A DNA stretch of 64,000 nt from a virus (Duplodnaviria > Heunggongvirae > Uroviricota > Caudoviricetes). This document shows, piece after piece, positions 18,998 to 27,874 of this stretch. The stretch lies in IMG/VR virus record IMGVR_UViG_3300029288_000054, positions 32,001 to 96,000 of that record, one strand, 5' to 3'. The position numbers and the translations under genes are program-made. The notes under the pieces are model-generated. The model was not told the DNA's origin and searched no databases. It saw only the letters and a program-made list of their open reading frames with translations. Position 1 is the stretch's first letter, and each line of letters opens with the position of its first letter.

Positions 18998-20169
18998 TTG
19001 CCGACGTTCAACCCAGCCAAGGCACCTTCCTTCTTCACTTGACGCTGCCCGGCCTTTAATATCTGTCTGAACATTACATCATCGACGTAGTTACAGTAGA
19101 TTAGGCCAATTGGCTCAGCTTGCCAGTAGTCAATCGGATTTGGGTCAACCCCGATCTCCTGGTCGATTCTGGCACCTGCCCCGATTTCAAGCATCTTCTG
19201 CTGCGTCATCGGGGCTGGCGTAGTGCGAGGAGCCATCATCGACTGAGCACGAATGATACCGCCACCAGTCTTAAGGCTGCGATGCATGCCGCCTTTTGAG
19301 CAGGAGCAAGAATTGACATGCTGTGTGCTCGCCATATTGAATGAAAGAGACTTGCTTCCATCGCCATAAGGACCATATGCTCCAACTGCACCACACGGTC
19401 CTGTTGGTCCAGATGGCCCACTGACACAGCTATCGTAATCAAGACTGGCCATATCGGCACCATACTCACCAGAGTCAGCCATCGATAATGAACTCATGCC
19501 CCAGTGCGGATTTCCCAAATGAGCAGGTCCTTTGCGTGACTCTTTGCTCAAATAGAAAGCGAATCCGATGGCCCAGACGCGATCATCACCGATCACTTGC
19601 GCTGCAACGCCACGTGTGATGTCTTCGGTGATGATGTATTGTCTGACTTCGCCCTTTTCATTGCGGAAGCCGTCAATCCACAACATTTGGCCGGTTGTTG
19701 TGGAGATATAGTTCTGTGCTGGCCAGGCATAATTACACTCTGGACAAAAACGATCTTGCAGGAATGCGACGTTATGTACTGGACACTTTTCGCGATACTG
19801 TTCCAGGTTAAGTTGTGTCACTTTTTTGCCGGTGACGGGATTGATGCCTTGGACGCTCACTACAATTGCCAAATCGTAGCTGAGTCCCGAGTTCATGGTG
19901 AAGTCGAACCACATACCTCTATTGACGGTAGCTGGGACGAAATACGAACTTGCCTTACCCGACCCGTGCATCCAGTTTTCTGGGCAGGCAGGGAACTCAT
20001 CGACGGGATATGCCTGGACTTTGCAATGCGGCGGTAAAGAGTGCAGCCCGTCACCAGCTAATGCCGGAGGCATATTGATTTCTGCGAATAAGCCGTTAAT
20101 TTCCATTCTTGTGCTCATAACGATCTCCGATAGAAGAAGGCATGGCGAACCTCCTTTGAGGTTCGCCAT
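18994..20169 (-). CDS. Uncharacterised conserved-type protein (family seen in bacteria and fungi, often ubiquitin-fused in fungi)
   Basis: Recalled motif series: MWxDF, INxVTG, QNY, WxDG....RQ, GAGxxIxQxI..DP...W. Confidence 0.45.
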   Translation of the reverse strand: MANLKGGSPCLLLSEIVMSTRMEINGLFAEINMPPALAGDGLHSLPPHCKVQAYPVDEFPACPENWMHGSGKASSYFVPATVNRGMWFDFTMNSGLSYDLAIVVSVQGINPVTGKKVTQLNLEQYREKCPVHNVAFLQDRFCPECNYAWPAQNYISTTTGQMLWIDGFRNEKGEVRQYIITEDITRGVAAQVIGDDRVWAIGFAFYLSKESRKGPAHLGNPHWGMSSLSMADSGEYGADMASLDYDSCVSGPSGPTGPCGAVGAYGPYGDGSKSLSFNMASTQHVNSCSCSKGGMHRSLKTGGGIIRAQSMMAPRTTPAPMTQQKMLEIGAGARIDQEIGVDPNPIDYWQAEPIGLIYCNYVDDVMFRQILKAGQRQVKKEGALAGLNVGN

Positions 20170-20180
20170 GCAGTTGATGA

Positions 20181-21056
20181 TTAGAGACTACGATTCTTAC
20201 CGAGGTTGAAAGGATTATTACCCTTCTTCTCGGTCACTTTAGCAGAGCCAAGCTTCGCGCGTAGGCTTGGAAGATTCCCAAGTGCTTCGCGTTCTTTATA
20301 TAACTTAGCCGCTTCAATGCAACGCCTGCCGACCGTGCCAGTAGTAGCAAGACCATAGACATCGAGTTCGTGCATCTTGCTCATGTCTATTTCAAGCGTC
20401 TCGGTAACAGCGAGATATAAAGTCTTCTTGGTCTTCCAATCGACCTTATCCCAATCGCATCCGATGGTGGATACACCATTTCGTAGTGCGACACCAGGGA
20501 ATAGAGGATGCTCATTCGCTACCTGATCTGGACGTTCTCCAACAGCGTAGGTTGGTCTAACGTCGCCATCGGGGGTCACGAATGTCGGCATCTCGCCGTG
20601 GTCGTCGAGTTCGCTCAGAAGCTTCAATGAAACTTCCTTGTTGATAGTACCATCGTCATTGAAAACGATGAACTTCTTACCCTCTGAATGGAATTTCAGA
20701 CGCTCGGCAACTGGAGTTTTCAATTGCTTCGGATCATAAACATCGAGCAATTGAGCCGGCGTCATTGCCTTCGCCAGCTTTTCCGGATCATTGTCTTCTA
20801 AAATGACCTTCTGGACGCCCTGCCCCGCTTGTGGTCTGTCTCCACGAAAGAATGCAGCGATTTTGCGTGCTAGGATTCTTGGAGCACCACAATTCTCCAA
20901 ATCCTCCCATGTCGCTTCATCAAGTGCATCCTCTGTTGATCCGCCCATTTCGTCTAGATTACGAAAGAACGTGTCAACATCCACGGGTTTGGTGCTTTGA
21001 GAATTATGCGCCTCAAGAATGGCGCGAGCACCGGCTAGCTTAGAACTTAGTGCCAT
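20181..21056 (-). CDS. Hypothetical protein with an N-terminal SAM/HhH-like segment
   Basis: Strong GGAGGTG ribosome-binding site. LDEATWEDLENCGAPRILARKI. Confidence 0.65.
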   Translation of the reverse strand: MALSSKLAGARAILEAHNSQSTKPVDVDTFFRNLDEMGGSTEDALDEATWEDLENCGAPRILARKIAAFFRGDRPQAGQGVQKVILEDNDPEKLAKAMTPAQLLDVYDPKQLKTPVAERLKFHSEGKKFIVFNDDGTINKEVSLKLLSELDDHGEMPTFVTPDGDVRPTYAVGERPDQVANEHPLFPGVALRNGVSTIGCDWDKVDWKTKKTLYLAVTETLEIDMSKMHELDVYGLATTGTVGRRCIEAAKLYKEREALGNLPSLRAKLGSAKVTEKKGNNPFNLGKNRSL

Positions 21057-21066
21057 AAGACACCTC

Positions 21067-21094
21067 CTACGACTACGACTACTACGACGACTAC
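21067..21094. repeat. Short GTA/GTC microsatellite-like tract in a 5' leader
   Basis: CTACGACTACGACTACTACGACGACTAC lies immediately upstream of the ribosome-binding site of 20181-21056. Confidence 0.7.
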
Positions 21095-21162
21095 CACACG
21101 GATTTCATCGCCACAAGCGATATCGTATCCGCAACGATAACTTATCTACTGCATGAAATACA

Positions 21163-21399
21163 TCACCAAACGTCTTTGGCGATTTCTTCTACCATTGAAT
21201 CCATACCCATTTCTTTGGCCTCTATTTCTAGAGCAAGTTCTTTCGGTATATAAGCCTTCAGCTCATCGACTATTTCATTTATATCGGTAAGGCTTGCTTC
21301 TACGACGGCATCGTCGCCACCTTCAAGAGCTTCGAGGGCATCATTTACGTGGTGTGATATCAGAATCAAATCGTTCTGTAGAATATCTGCTGGTATCAT
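21163..21399 (-). CDS. Small acidic hypothetical protein
   Basis: 78-aa ORF with an AGGTG ribosome-binding site. Confidence 0.6.
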   Translation of the reverse strand: MIPADILQNDLILISHHVNDALEALEGGDDAVVEASLTDINEIVDELKAYIPKELALEIEAKEMGMDSMVEEIAKDVW

Positions 21400-21422
21400 A
21401 GCGCACCTATCGATAATCCGTA

Positions 21423-22562
21423 CTAAAATTTGTTGAAGTGCCGCGATAACAGTAGATCTATTGGGATATCGATGGCTGATGTGCCTATTTTTAGAAAACT
21501 AGCATTCCAAAAAGGTGCGCAATATATTATGCCGTTAGGGGCTACGACACCAGTTGTATACTTGTAATTTGCTGCGCCAAGTGCACCAAAGGTGGTTGCG
21601 GTGTCTGTTGTGGTATCTATCCTTAATACGGTCGCACTTATGAAAGGTACGCCATAAATATAACCGTTTGGTGCAAGTGCTCCACCAACCCATTTTCCAG
21701 ATCCTGTTAAGCTACCAAATGTTGTAGCTGTGTCTGTTGTTGGATCGATTTTCAGAACTGTTGTGCTTGTGAAAGGTATCCCGTAAATCATACCATTTAA
21801 CGCTAACACCCCACCCTGCCATTTATCGGCACCAGCTAAGCTACCGAATGTTGTGACTGTATCTGTTGTTGGATCAATCTTTAAAACGACTGTACTCGTA
21901 TACGGTATGCAGTAAATGGACCCGTTTGGAGCAAGGACTCCACCCTGCCATTTTGTTGAGCCAGCTATGCTGCCGAAGGTTGTTACTACATCTGTTGTCG
22001 GATCTATCTTAAGAACGGTTGTACTGCTGTGTGGTATACAGTAAATGGCTCCGCTTGGGGCAATAACACCGCCCATCCATTTATCTGACCCGGCAGCAAG
22101 AGTACCAAAAGTTGTAATAGTATCGGTAGCGGGGTCTACTTTCATGACTTCTGTACTACTACGAGGCATGCCATAAATCATGCCATTGGCGGCTAATACT
22201 CCTCCTTGACACTTTGATGTGCCTGAGATATCACCAAACACAATAGCGGTGTCGTCTATAGGATTAATTTTTAAAACCGTCGTAGAGTCTTTTGGCATAC
22301 AATAGATGCATCCATTTGGAGCCAGAACCGCGCCGACCCATTTCTCTGTTGCCGCCGTTATATTCCCATTTGTAATTGTTGTAGCAACTGTCTGTGTGCA
22401 TGCCATATTAATGGCGGCACGCATAGACCATGCCTGTCTCGTCTGTATCCACGCGAGGCTATTTATGCTCCAAACCGGTGGATCACCATGATTAACAATA
22501 TCATTGCTAGGCAATGTTTGTATTTTGTTATCAGATGATATTAATGGTTTCTGGTACGCCAT
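21423..22562 (-). CDS. Beta-propeller repeat protein, paralogue P6
   Basis: Seven ~43-aa repeats KWxGGVLAPNGxIYxIP..KIDPTTD. N-terminus MAYQKPL, C-terminus SRHFNKF. Confidence 0.85.
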   Translation of the reverse strand: MAYQKPLISSDNKIQTLPSNDIVNHGDPPVWSINSLAWIQTRQAWSMRAAINMACTQTVATTITNGNITAATEKWVGAVLAPNGCIYCMPKDSTTVLKINPIDDTAIVFGDISGTSKCQGGVLAANGMIYGMPRSSTEVMKVDPATDTITTFGTLAAGSDKWMGGVIAPSGAIYCIPHSSTTVLKIDPTTDVVTTFGSIAGSTKWQGGVLAPNGSIYCIPYTSTVVLKIDPTTDTVTTFGSLAGADKWQGGVLALNGMIYGIPFTSTTVLKIDPTTDTATTFGSLTGSGKWVGGALAPNGYIYGVPFISATVLRIDTTTDTATTFGALGAANYKYTTGVVAPNGIIYCAPFWNASFLKIGTSAIDIPIDLLLSRHFNKF

Positions 22563-22565
22563 ATC

Positions 22566-23711
22566 TTAGAATTTGTTGAAATGTCGTGAGAGTGGAAAAT
22601 CAACTGGGATGTCAACGCCTGGTGCACCAAGTTTTAAAATGTAATTGTAATTCGCTGGTATACCATATATCACACCGTTCGCAGCCAAAACGCCACCATG
22701 CCATTTATAGCTAGCAGAGAAAGTTCCTAGTGTCAATGCTGTAGCTGCGTCTGTTGTTGGATCGATCTTCAAAATTGTTCCGATATTCCATGGCATACCA
22801 TAAATCATCCCATTTGGTGCAAGTACGCCGCCGGCCCATTTAGCTGAACCTGCAAAATTGCCGAATGTTGTGGCTGTGTCTGTCGTTGGGTCAATCTTTA
22901 ACACAGCCGTGTTTTCTTGCGGTATGCCATAAATCATGCCATTTGGAGCTAAGACACCGCCAGTCCATTTATAATTTCCAGATAAACTACCAAACGTTGT
23001 AACTGTATCTGTGGTTGGATCGATTTTCAATACTGTTGTGGCATTGAACGGTATTCCATAGATGCATCCATTCGGAGCCAACACACCGCCGTTCCACTTG
23101 AAATATGTAGCACCTAGATCGCCAAAAGTCGTAATGGCATCTGTGGTTGGATCAATCTTGAGCACGGTAGCACCAGTATCCGGCATTCCATAAATCATGC
23201 CGTTTGGAGCTAAGACGCCACTTAGCCATTTTGCAGCGCCCTGTAGATTCCCGAATGTTGTGACTGTATCTGTTGCGGTATCGATTTTCAATACAACAGT
23301 GCTGTCACATGGAATACCATAAATTACGCCATTTGACGCCATAACTCCGCCATACCATTTAGCAGTATCAGATCCTAAATTGCCGAATGTGATCGCACTA
23401 TCGGTAGATGGATCTATCCTTAGTATTGTTGCGCTGCTGTACGGTATCCCATAAATCAAACCACTCGGTGCTAAGATGCCACCCATCCATTTATCTGCAT
23501 CAGTCAACAGACTACTATTTGTAAATATGGTGGCGACTTGCTGCGAGCATGCTGCATTAATCGATGCTCGCATAGAGAAAGCTTGCCGCGTTTGTGCCCA
23601 AGAAAGACTGTTTATCGTCCACAGCGGAAAATTGCCATGATTAACAATATCATTGCTAGGCAATGTTTGTATTTTGTTGTCTGACGATATTAATGGTTTC
23701 TGGTATGCCAT
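22566..23711 (-). CDS. Beta-propeller repeat protein, paralogue P5
   Basis: Same repeat architecture. First 26 aa are identical to P6. Confidence 0.85.
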   Translation of the reverse strand: MAYQKPLISSDNKIQTLPSNDIVNHGNFPLWTINSLSWAQTRQAFSMRASINAACSQQVATIFTNSSLLTDADKWMGGILAPSGLIYGIPYSSATILRIDPSTDSAITFGNLGSDTAKWYGGVMASNGVIYGIPCDSTVVLKIDTATDTVTTFGNLQGAAKWLSGVLAPNGMIYGMPDTGATVLKIDPTTDAITTFGDLGATYFKWNGGVLAPNGCIYGIPFNATTVLKIDPTTDTVTTFGSLSGNYKWTGGVLAPNGMIYGIPQENTAVLKIDPTTDTATTFGNFAGSAKWAGGVLAPNGMIYGMPWNIGTILKIDPTTDAATALTLGTFSASYKWHGGVLAANGVIYGIPANYNYILKLGAPGVDIPVDFPLSRHFNKF

Positions 23712-23714
23712 GTC

Positions 23715-24830
23715 TTAGAATTTGTTGAAGTATCTAGACAAGCAGAAATCGATCGGAACGTCGTCCAAAGCGGTGCCTATTTTCAAGATCGAAGTTGCAC
23801 CATTCGGTATCCCATAAATTATGCCGCTTGGAGTGACAACACAGCCAGCCGAGCTTCCACCAATAGACACAGTTCCGAATGTAGTTGCTGTATCTGTAGT
23901 TGGATCAATTTTTAAAATTGCTGTACTATTATGTGCTATTCCGTAAATCATGCCGTCTGGAGATAAAGCCCCACCAACCCATTTTCCTGTCCCAGTCAAG
24001 CTACCAAACGTAGTAACAGTATCAGTCGAAGGGTCAATTTTTATTCCTGTTGTTGCATTATACGGAATGCCATAGATGCAGCCATTCAGAGCTAAGACGC
24101 CACCATTCCATTTATATGTCGTTGCACCGAGGCTTCCAAACGTCGTGACAGTATCGGTGGTTGGATCGATTTTGAGAACGGACGGGCTTGTGCTAGGCAT
24201 CCCATAAATCATACCGTTTGGAGCCAAGACGCCGCCCCACGATATATATGTATATGCTGTTAAACTACCAAATGTTGTGAGCGTATCGGTATTTGTGTCG
24301 ATTTTCAAAATAGGTCCTGCTGCAGCCGGGATACAATAAATGCAGCCATTTGGAGCCACTACGCCACCTAAATATGCAATTGCAGTACCAAATGTTGTAT
24401 ATGTGTCTGTCGCAGGATCGATTTTAAGTACTGTTGTTGATCCTCCTGGGATACCATAAATATAACCATTCGGAGCTAAGACGCCACCAAACCATTTATT
24501 GCCGCTTGCGAAAGATCCGAATGTTGTAGATGTGTCGGTGGCTGGGTCTATTTTTAATATCTCGATCCCTGACTCTGGTATGCCATAGATGTATCCATTT
24601 GGAGCAAGTACCCCACCACGACAATGCGATGCTGCTGTAGCAAATGAAGATAAAGATTGATTAAAAGCAGCACGATTTAAACCAACTCTAGTACAGATAG
24701 CTTTTTGTATTTGCTGCCACGTCATCTTGTTGCTATCCCAAGCCGGAAAATCACCATGGCTTAGCATATCACCACTGGCTAGTGATCCGATTGAGCTCGA
24801 TTTCTCCACCAACGGCTTTTGATATGGCAT
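23715..24830 (-). CDS. Beta-propeller repeat protein, paralogue P4
   Basis: Start reassigned to MPYQKPL by paralogy. Same repeats. Confidence 0.85.
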   Translation of the reverse strand: MPYQKPLVEKSSSIGSLASGDMLSHGDFPAWDSNKMTWQQIQKAICTRVGLNRAAFNQSLSSFATAASHCRGGVLAPNGYIYGIPESGIEILKIDPATDTSTTFGSFASGNKWFGGVLAPNGYIYGIPGGSTTVLKIDPATDTYTTFGTAIAYLGGVVAPNGCIYCIPAAAGPILKIDTNTDTLTTFGSLTAYTYISWGGVLAPNGMIYGMPSTSPSVLKIDPTTDTVTTFGSLGATTYKWNGGVLALNGCIYGIPYNATTGIKIDPSTDTVTTFGSLTGTGKWVGGALSPDGMIYGIAHNSTAILKIDPTTDTATTFGTVSIGGSSAGCVVTPSGIIYGIPNGATSILKIGTALDDVPIDFCLSRYFNKF

Positions 24831-24832
24831 AA

Positions 24833-26431
24833 TTACACATAAATCGAGTATGTTATTTGAAGTTGGTCTGTTACTTCCAAGACTATACCAGTGCCAGTGA
24901 ATACGGCTGTAGCCCAGAGAATGTTGCTTGCTGATTTGTCTGCCTTTGTTTGTGCTGTAGGTCCGGCAGCCACAAATAGTCCGTTGATTGTACAATCAGC
25001 GGTGATAGTATAAAGAGACTTGACAACGTTCGTAATTGTTTGCGCCAATGCAGCATTTTTATTCCACATCGGCCTCGTATAAGTACTATTACTGGTGGTG
25101 TCAATATATGATGTGCACTCTAACCAATTATTACCTTGCAACGCCGTCAATTCGGCTTGCGGATACCATGTTAGCTCATTTGTGGCCGATGTGATATTGA
25201 TATATTCGAAATTAATCAAATCGGCCGTCTTAACGGCGGACGACACGCGTACCTCGTCCATCGACCCGGTGAAGAAAAGACTCGTCGTATAACCGCCAAT
25301 CGCATTACCAGTTCCGGTTGAATGCGTTATCGGATAGTTGCCAGCATAGTTAATTGTTGAATACCACTGACCATTGACGTATAACATCGCATCGCCGGTG
25401 GCACTATTATATGTCATTACCAGCCACGTCCAAGTTGATAGGCTGATCGGATATTGAAAATCAAATGCCCTCCAACCGGCGTTGAGATAAATATAACCTC
25501 CAATTTTGCTATCAGTATTGCGACCAACTTCTAGGACATAACCATTATCGAAACCGACTAAATTCGCGTCTGTATTGTAGGTCGGATTGACCCATGCTTC
25601 TACTGTAACATCTGCCACGGTCAGTGATGCGTTGTTTGGGATCGTGATACTTTTATTACTGTCGAAATATTCACCATATCCTAATACGCCAGTATTTCTT
25701 TCTGGTTGTCTGGTGGTGCTTGTGCTATTATTCGCGTTAATGGTGGAGTCATGATAGTCGCCAGCTACACCAGTCCCTATTTCATCGAGATGCCATGCCC
25801 CTTTATAATCTGTGCTCCAGGTACTAGCTGCCGCTTCTCCATCTGGTGCATTTGGATTACCGTAGTAAATGTAAAAGTCCGTTGGCTCTGTGTGGCTGAT
25901 GAGCGGGATCTGTACCCAAAAGACAGCAGTGACGGCTGAGCCATTCCCACCAGACCAATATTCACGTTCGTAATTCAACAAAGTAACGCCGTCAACTGCA
26001 CTGAATCTGATGTCGTACCCAGTAGCCAGCGCCGTTGTCATATCAACATCAGCGTTTATTTTGACACAGAGTGGAAAATTGACCAGATCATCAGCGCCGA
26101 CGTTTGTGTTGTCGATGGTGATTCGTTTGCGGTATTTCCAGTAATATCTCCAAACTGGTAGGCCAGAAAACGAGCTGGAATATAAATTCAACGCTTGGTA
26201 TGTGTCGATATCTGAGAGTGTGGAATAGCCGACACTATCGATCAGGCCAACAAACCATTTGGAATATTGTGCTCCATCATGAAAATTGGCATCGAGGATA
26301 CTGTCTTTACCAGCATTTAGAACGCCGTTTGGGATTCGGTAGGAATTAATTACCTTCCCGTGGCGTAAATGCTCGACGAAGAATTCACCTCTCGGCCTAA
26401 CGGAATTTTCAGCACTCGACTGTGTTTTCAT
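24833..26431 (-). CDS. Tail protein with an inserted DUF2341 + LamG (concanavalin A-like) cassette
   Basis: WKYRKRITID..LVNFP..DIRF..YIYYGN (DUF2341). TVEAWVNP..LYVNG..FTGSMDEVRVS (LamG). Flanks are homologous to 38499-39035. Confidence 0.8.
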   Translation of the reverse strand: MKTQSSAENSVRPRGEFFVEHLRHGKVINSYRIPNGVLNAGKDSILDANFHDGAQYSKWFVGLIDSVGYSTLSDIDTYQALNLYSSSFSGLPVWRYYWKYRKRITIDNTNVGADDLVNFPLCVKINADVDMTTALATGYDIRFSAVDGVTLLNYEREYWSGGNGSAVTAVFWVQIPLISHTEPTDFYIYYGNPNAPDGEAAASTWSTDYKGAWHLDEIGTGVAGDYHDSTINANNSTSTTRQPERNTGVLGYGEYFDSNKSITIPNNASLTVADVTVEAWVNPTYNTDANLVGFDNGYVLEVGRNTDSKIGGYIYLNAGWRAFDFQYPISLSTWTWLVMTYNSATGDAMLYVNGQWYSTINYAGNYPITHSTGTGNAIGGYTTSLFFTGSMDEVRVSSAVKTADLINFEYINITSATNELTWYPQAELTALQGNNWLECTSYIDTTSNSTYTRPMWNKNAALAQTITNVVKSLYTITADCTINGLFVAAGPTAQTKADKSASNILWATAVFTGTGIVLEVTDQLQITYSIYV

Positions 26432-26447
26432 AATATAAATTTGTCAT

Positions 26448-27872
26448 TTAGAGCTTGTTGTAATGCCTTGACAGGCAGAAATCAACCGGCACGTCATCCA
26501 GTGCGTAACCAATTTTCACGATCGTTGTGGCGGTGAATGGTATTCCATAGAGAATACCGCTCGGAGCCAAGATTACGCCAGCCCATTTTGTGGCACCAGA
26601 ACCAAGAGCTCCGAAAGTTGCAGCTGTATCGTTTGTTGGGTCGATTCTCAGTACTGTGGCTATACCTGTGCTATGTGGTGGAGCATAAATCATACCGTTC
26701 GGAGCCAATGCCCCAGCCATCCATTTATATGTTGTAGCACCAAGAGCACCGAAATAAGTGGCTGTATCTGTTGTTGTATCGATCTTCAAGAATGTTGCGG
26801 CGCTACACGGTATTCCGTAAATCATTCCATTTGGTGCTAGAACTCCATTATTCCATTTTGCTGCACTAGCACCAAGACTACCAAATGTCGTAGCCGTATC
26901 TGTATCTGGATCGATCTTTAGGACTGTTGCACTTGTATAAGGTGTACCATAAATGCATCCATTTGGAGCGAGACAACCGCCGACCCATTTTAATCCGGCA
27001 CCGAGACTACCAAATGTTGTAGCTGTGTCTGTAGTCGGATCGATCTTCAAGACTGTTGTGCTGTTGCACGGAATGCCATAAATCATACCATTCGCAGCCA
27101 AAACCGCACCCGCCCAATCGCTAGCACCAGCGCCGATCCCATCGGCAAATGTCGTTGATGTGTCCGTGGCCGGATCGATCTTCAAAATTGCGGTGCTGTC
27201 AGTAAAAGGGACGGCATAGATGTAACCGTTAGGAGCGAGCACACCACCATACCATTTTGCATTACCGGCATAGGTATCAAACGTCGTTGCCGTATCTGTG
27301 GTTGGATCGATCTTTAAGATCGAGTTTGATGCGTACGGAATACCATAAATGTAACCATTCGTTGCTAGTACACCTCCAAACCATTTATTTCCACCTGCTA
27401 ATGACCCAAATACTGTGGCAACTTGATTAAAGCATGCCGCATTTGCTTCAGCTCTAATATTGATAGCTTGTCGTGTTTGAGTCCAAGCTAGGCTATTAGT
27501 ATCCCATAGTGGAAAGTCGCCGTGGTTTACAACATCAACGTCAGTCAATTTTTGTATTGTACCGGACTTCACAACCATTGGCTTTTCATATTCTGGTGCA
27601 GCCGCATCTACGAGAGGGCTGGCGATTTGACCTAACACTAACGTATTCGATCCATCTAAGTCGTAATATGGCTCTGCTGTCAATATTTCAATGACTTGTC
27701 TGGTAGCTCGTGTCGTCCCATAAAGATATGGCGGTAAAGCATTGCCACCGCTTATCAGAACTTCTGTGATTTGTCTCGTGGCTCGCGTCGTCCCATACGT
27801 AAACGATGGCAAAACGTTGCCAGAGACCAAAACTTCCATTATTTGACGTGTGACTCGTGCTGTGCCAGCCAT
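26448..27872 (-). CDS. Beta-propeller repeat protein P3 with three N-terminal RxTRQxxEVL repeats
   Basis: ARVTRQIMEVL / TRATRQITEVL / TRATRQVIEIL followed by the propeller. Confidence 0.85.
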   Translation of the reverse strand: MAGTARVTRQIMEVLVSGNVLPSFTYGTTRATRQITEVLISGGNALPPYLYGTTRATRQVIEILTAEPYYDLDGSNTLVLGQIASPLVDAAAPEYEKPMVVKSGTIQKLTDVDVVNHGDFPLWDTNSLAWTQTRQAINIRAEANAACFNQVATVFGSLAGGNKWFGGVLATNGYIYGIPYASNSILKIDPTTDTATTFDTYAGNAKWYGGVLAPNGYIYAVPFTDSTAILKIDPATDTSTTFADGIGAGASDWAGAVLAANGMIYGIPCNSTTVLKIDPTTDTATTFGSLGAGLKWVGGCLAPNGCIYGTPYTSATVLKIDPDTDTATTFGSLGASAAKWNNGVLAPNGMIYGIPCSAATFLKIDTTTDTATYFGALGATTYKWMAGALAPNGMIYAPPHSTGIATVLRIDPTNDTAATFGALGSGATKWAGVILAPSGILYGIPFTATTIVKIGYALDDVPVDFCLSRHYNKL

Positions 27873-27874
27873 GA

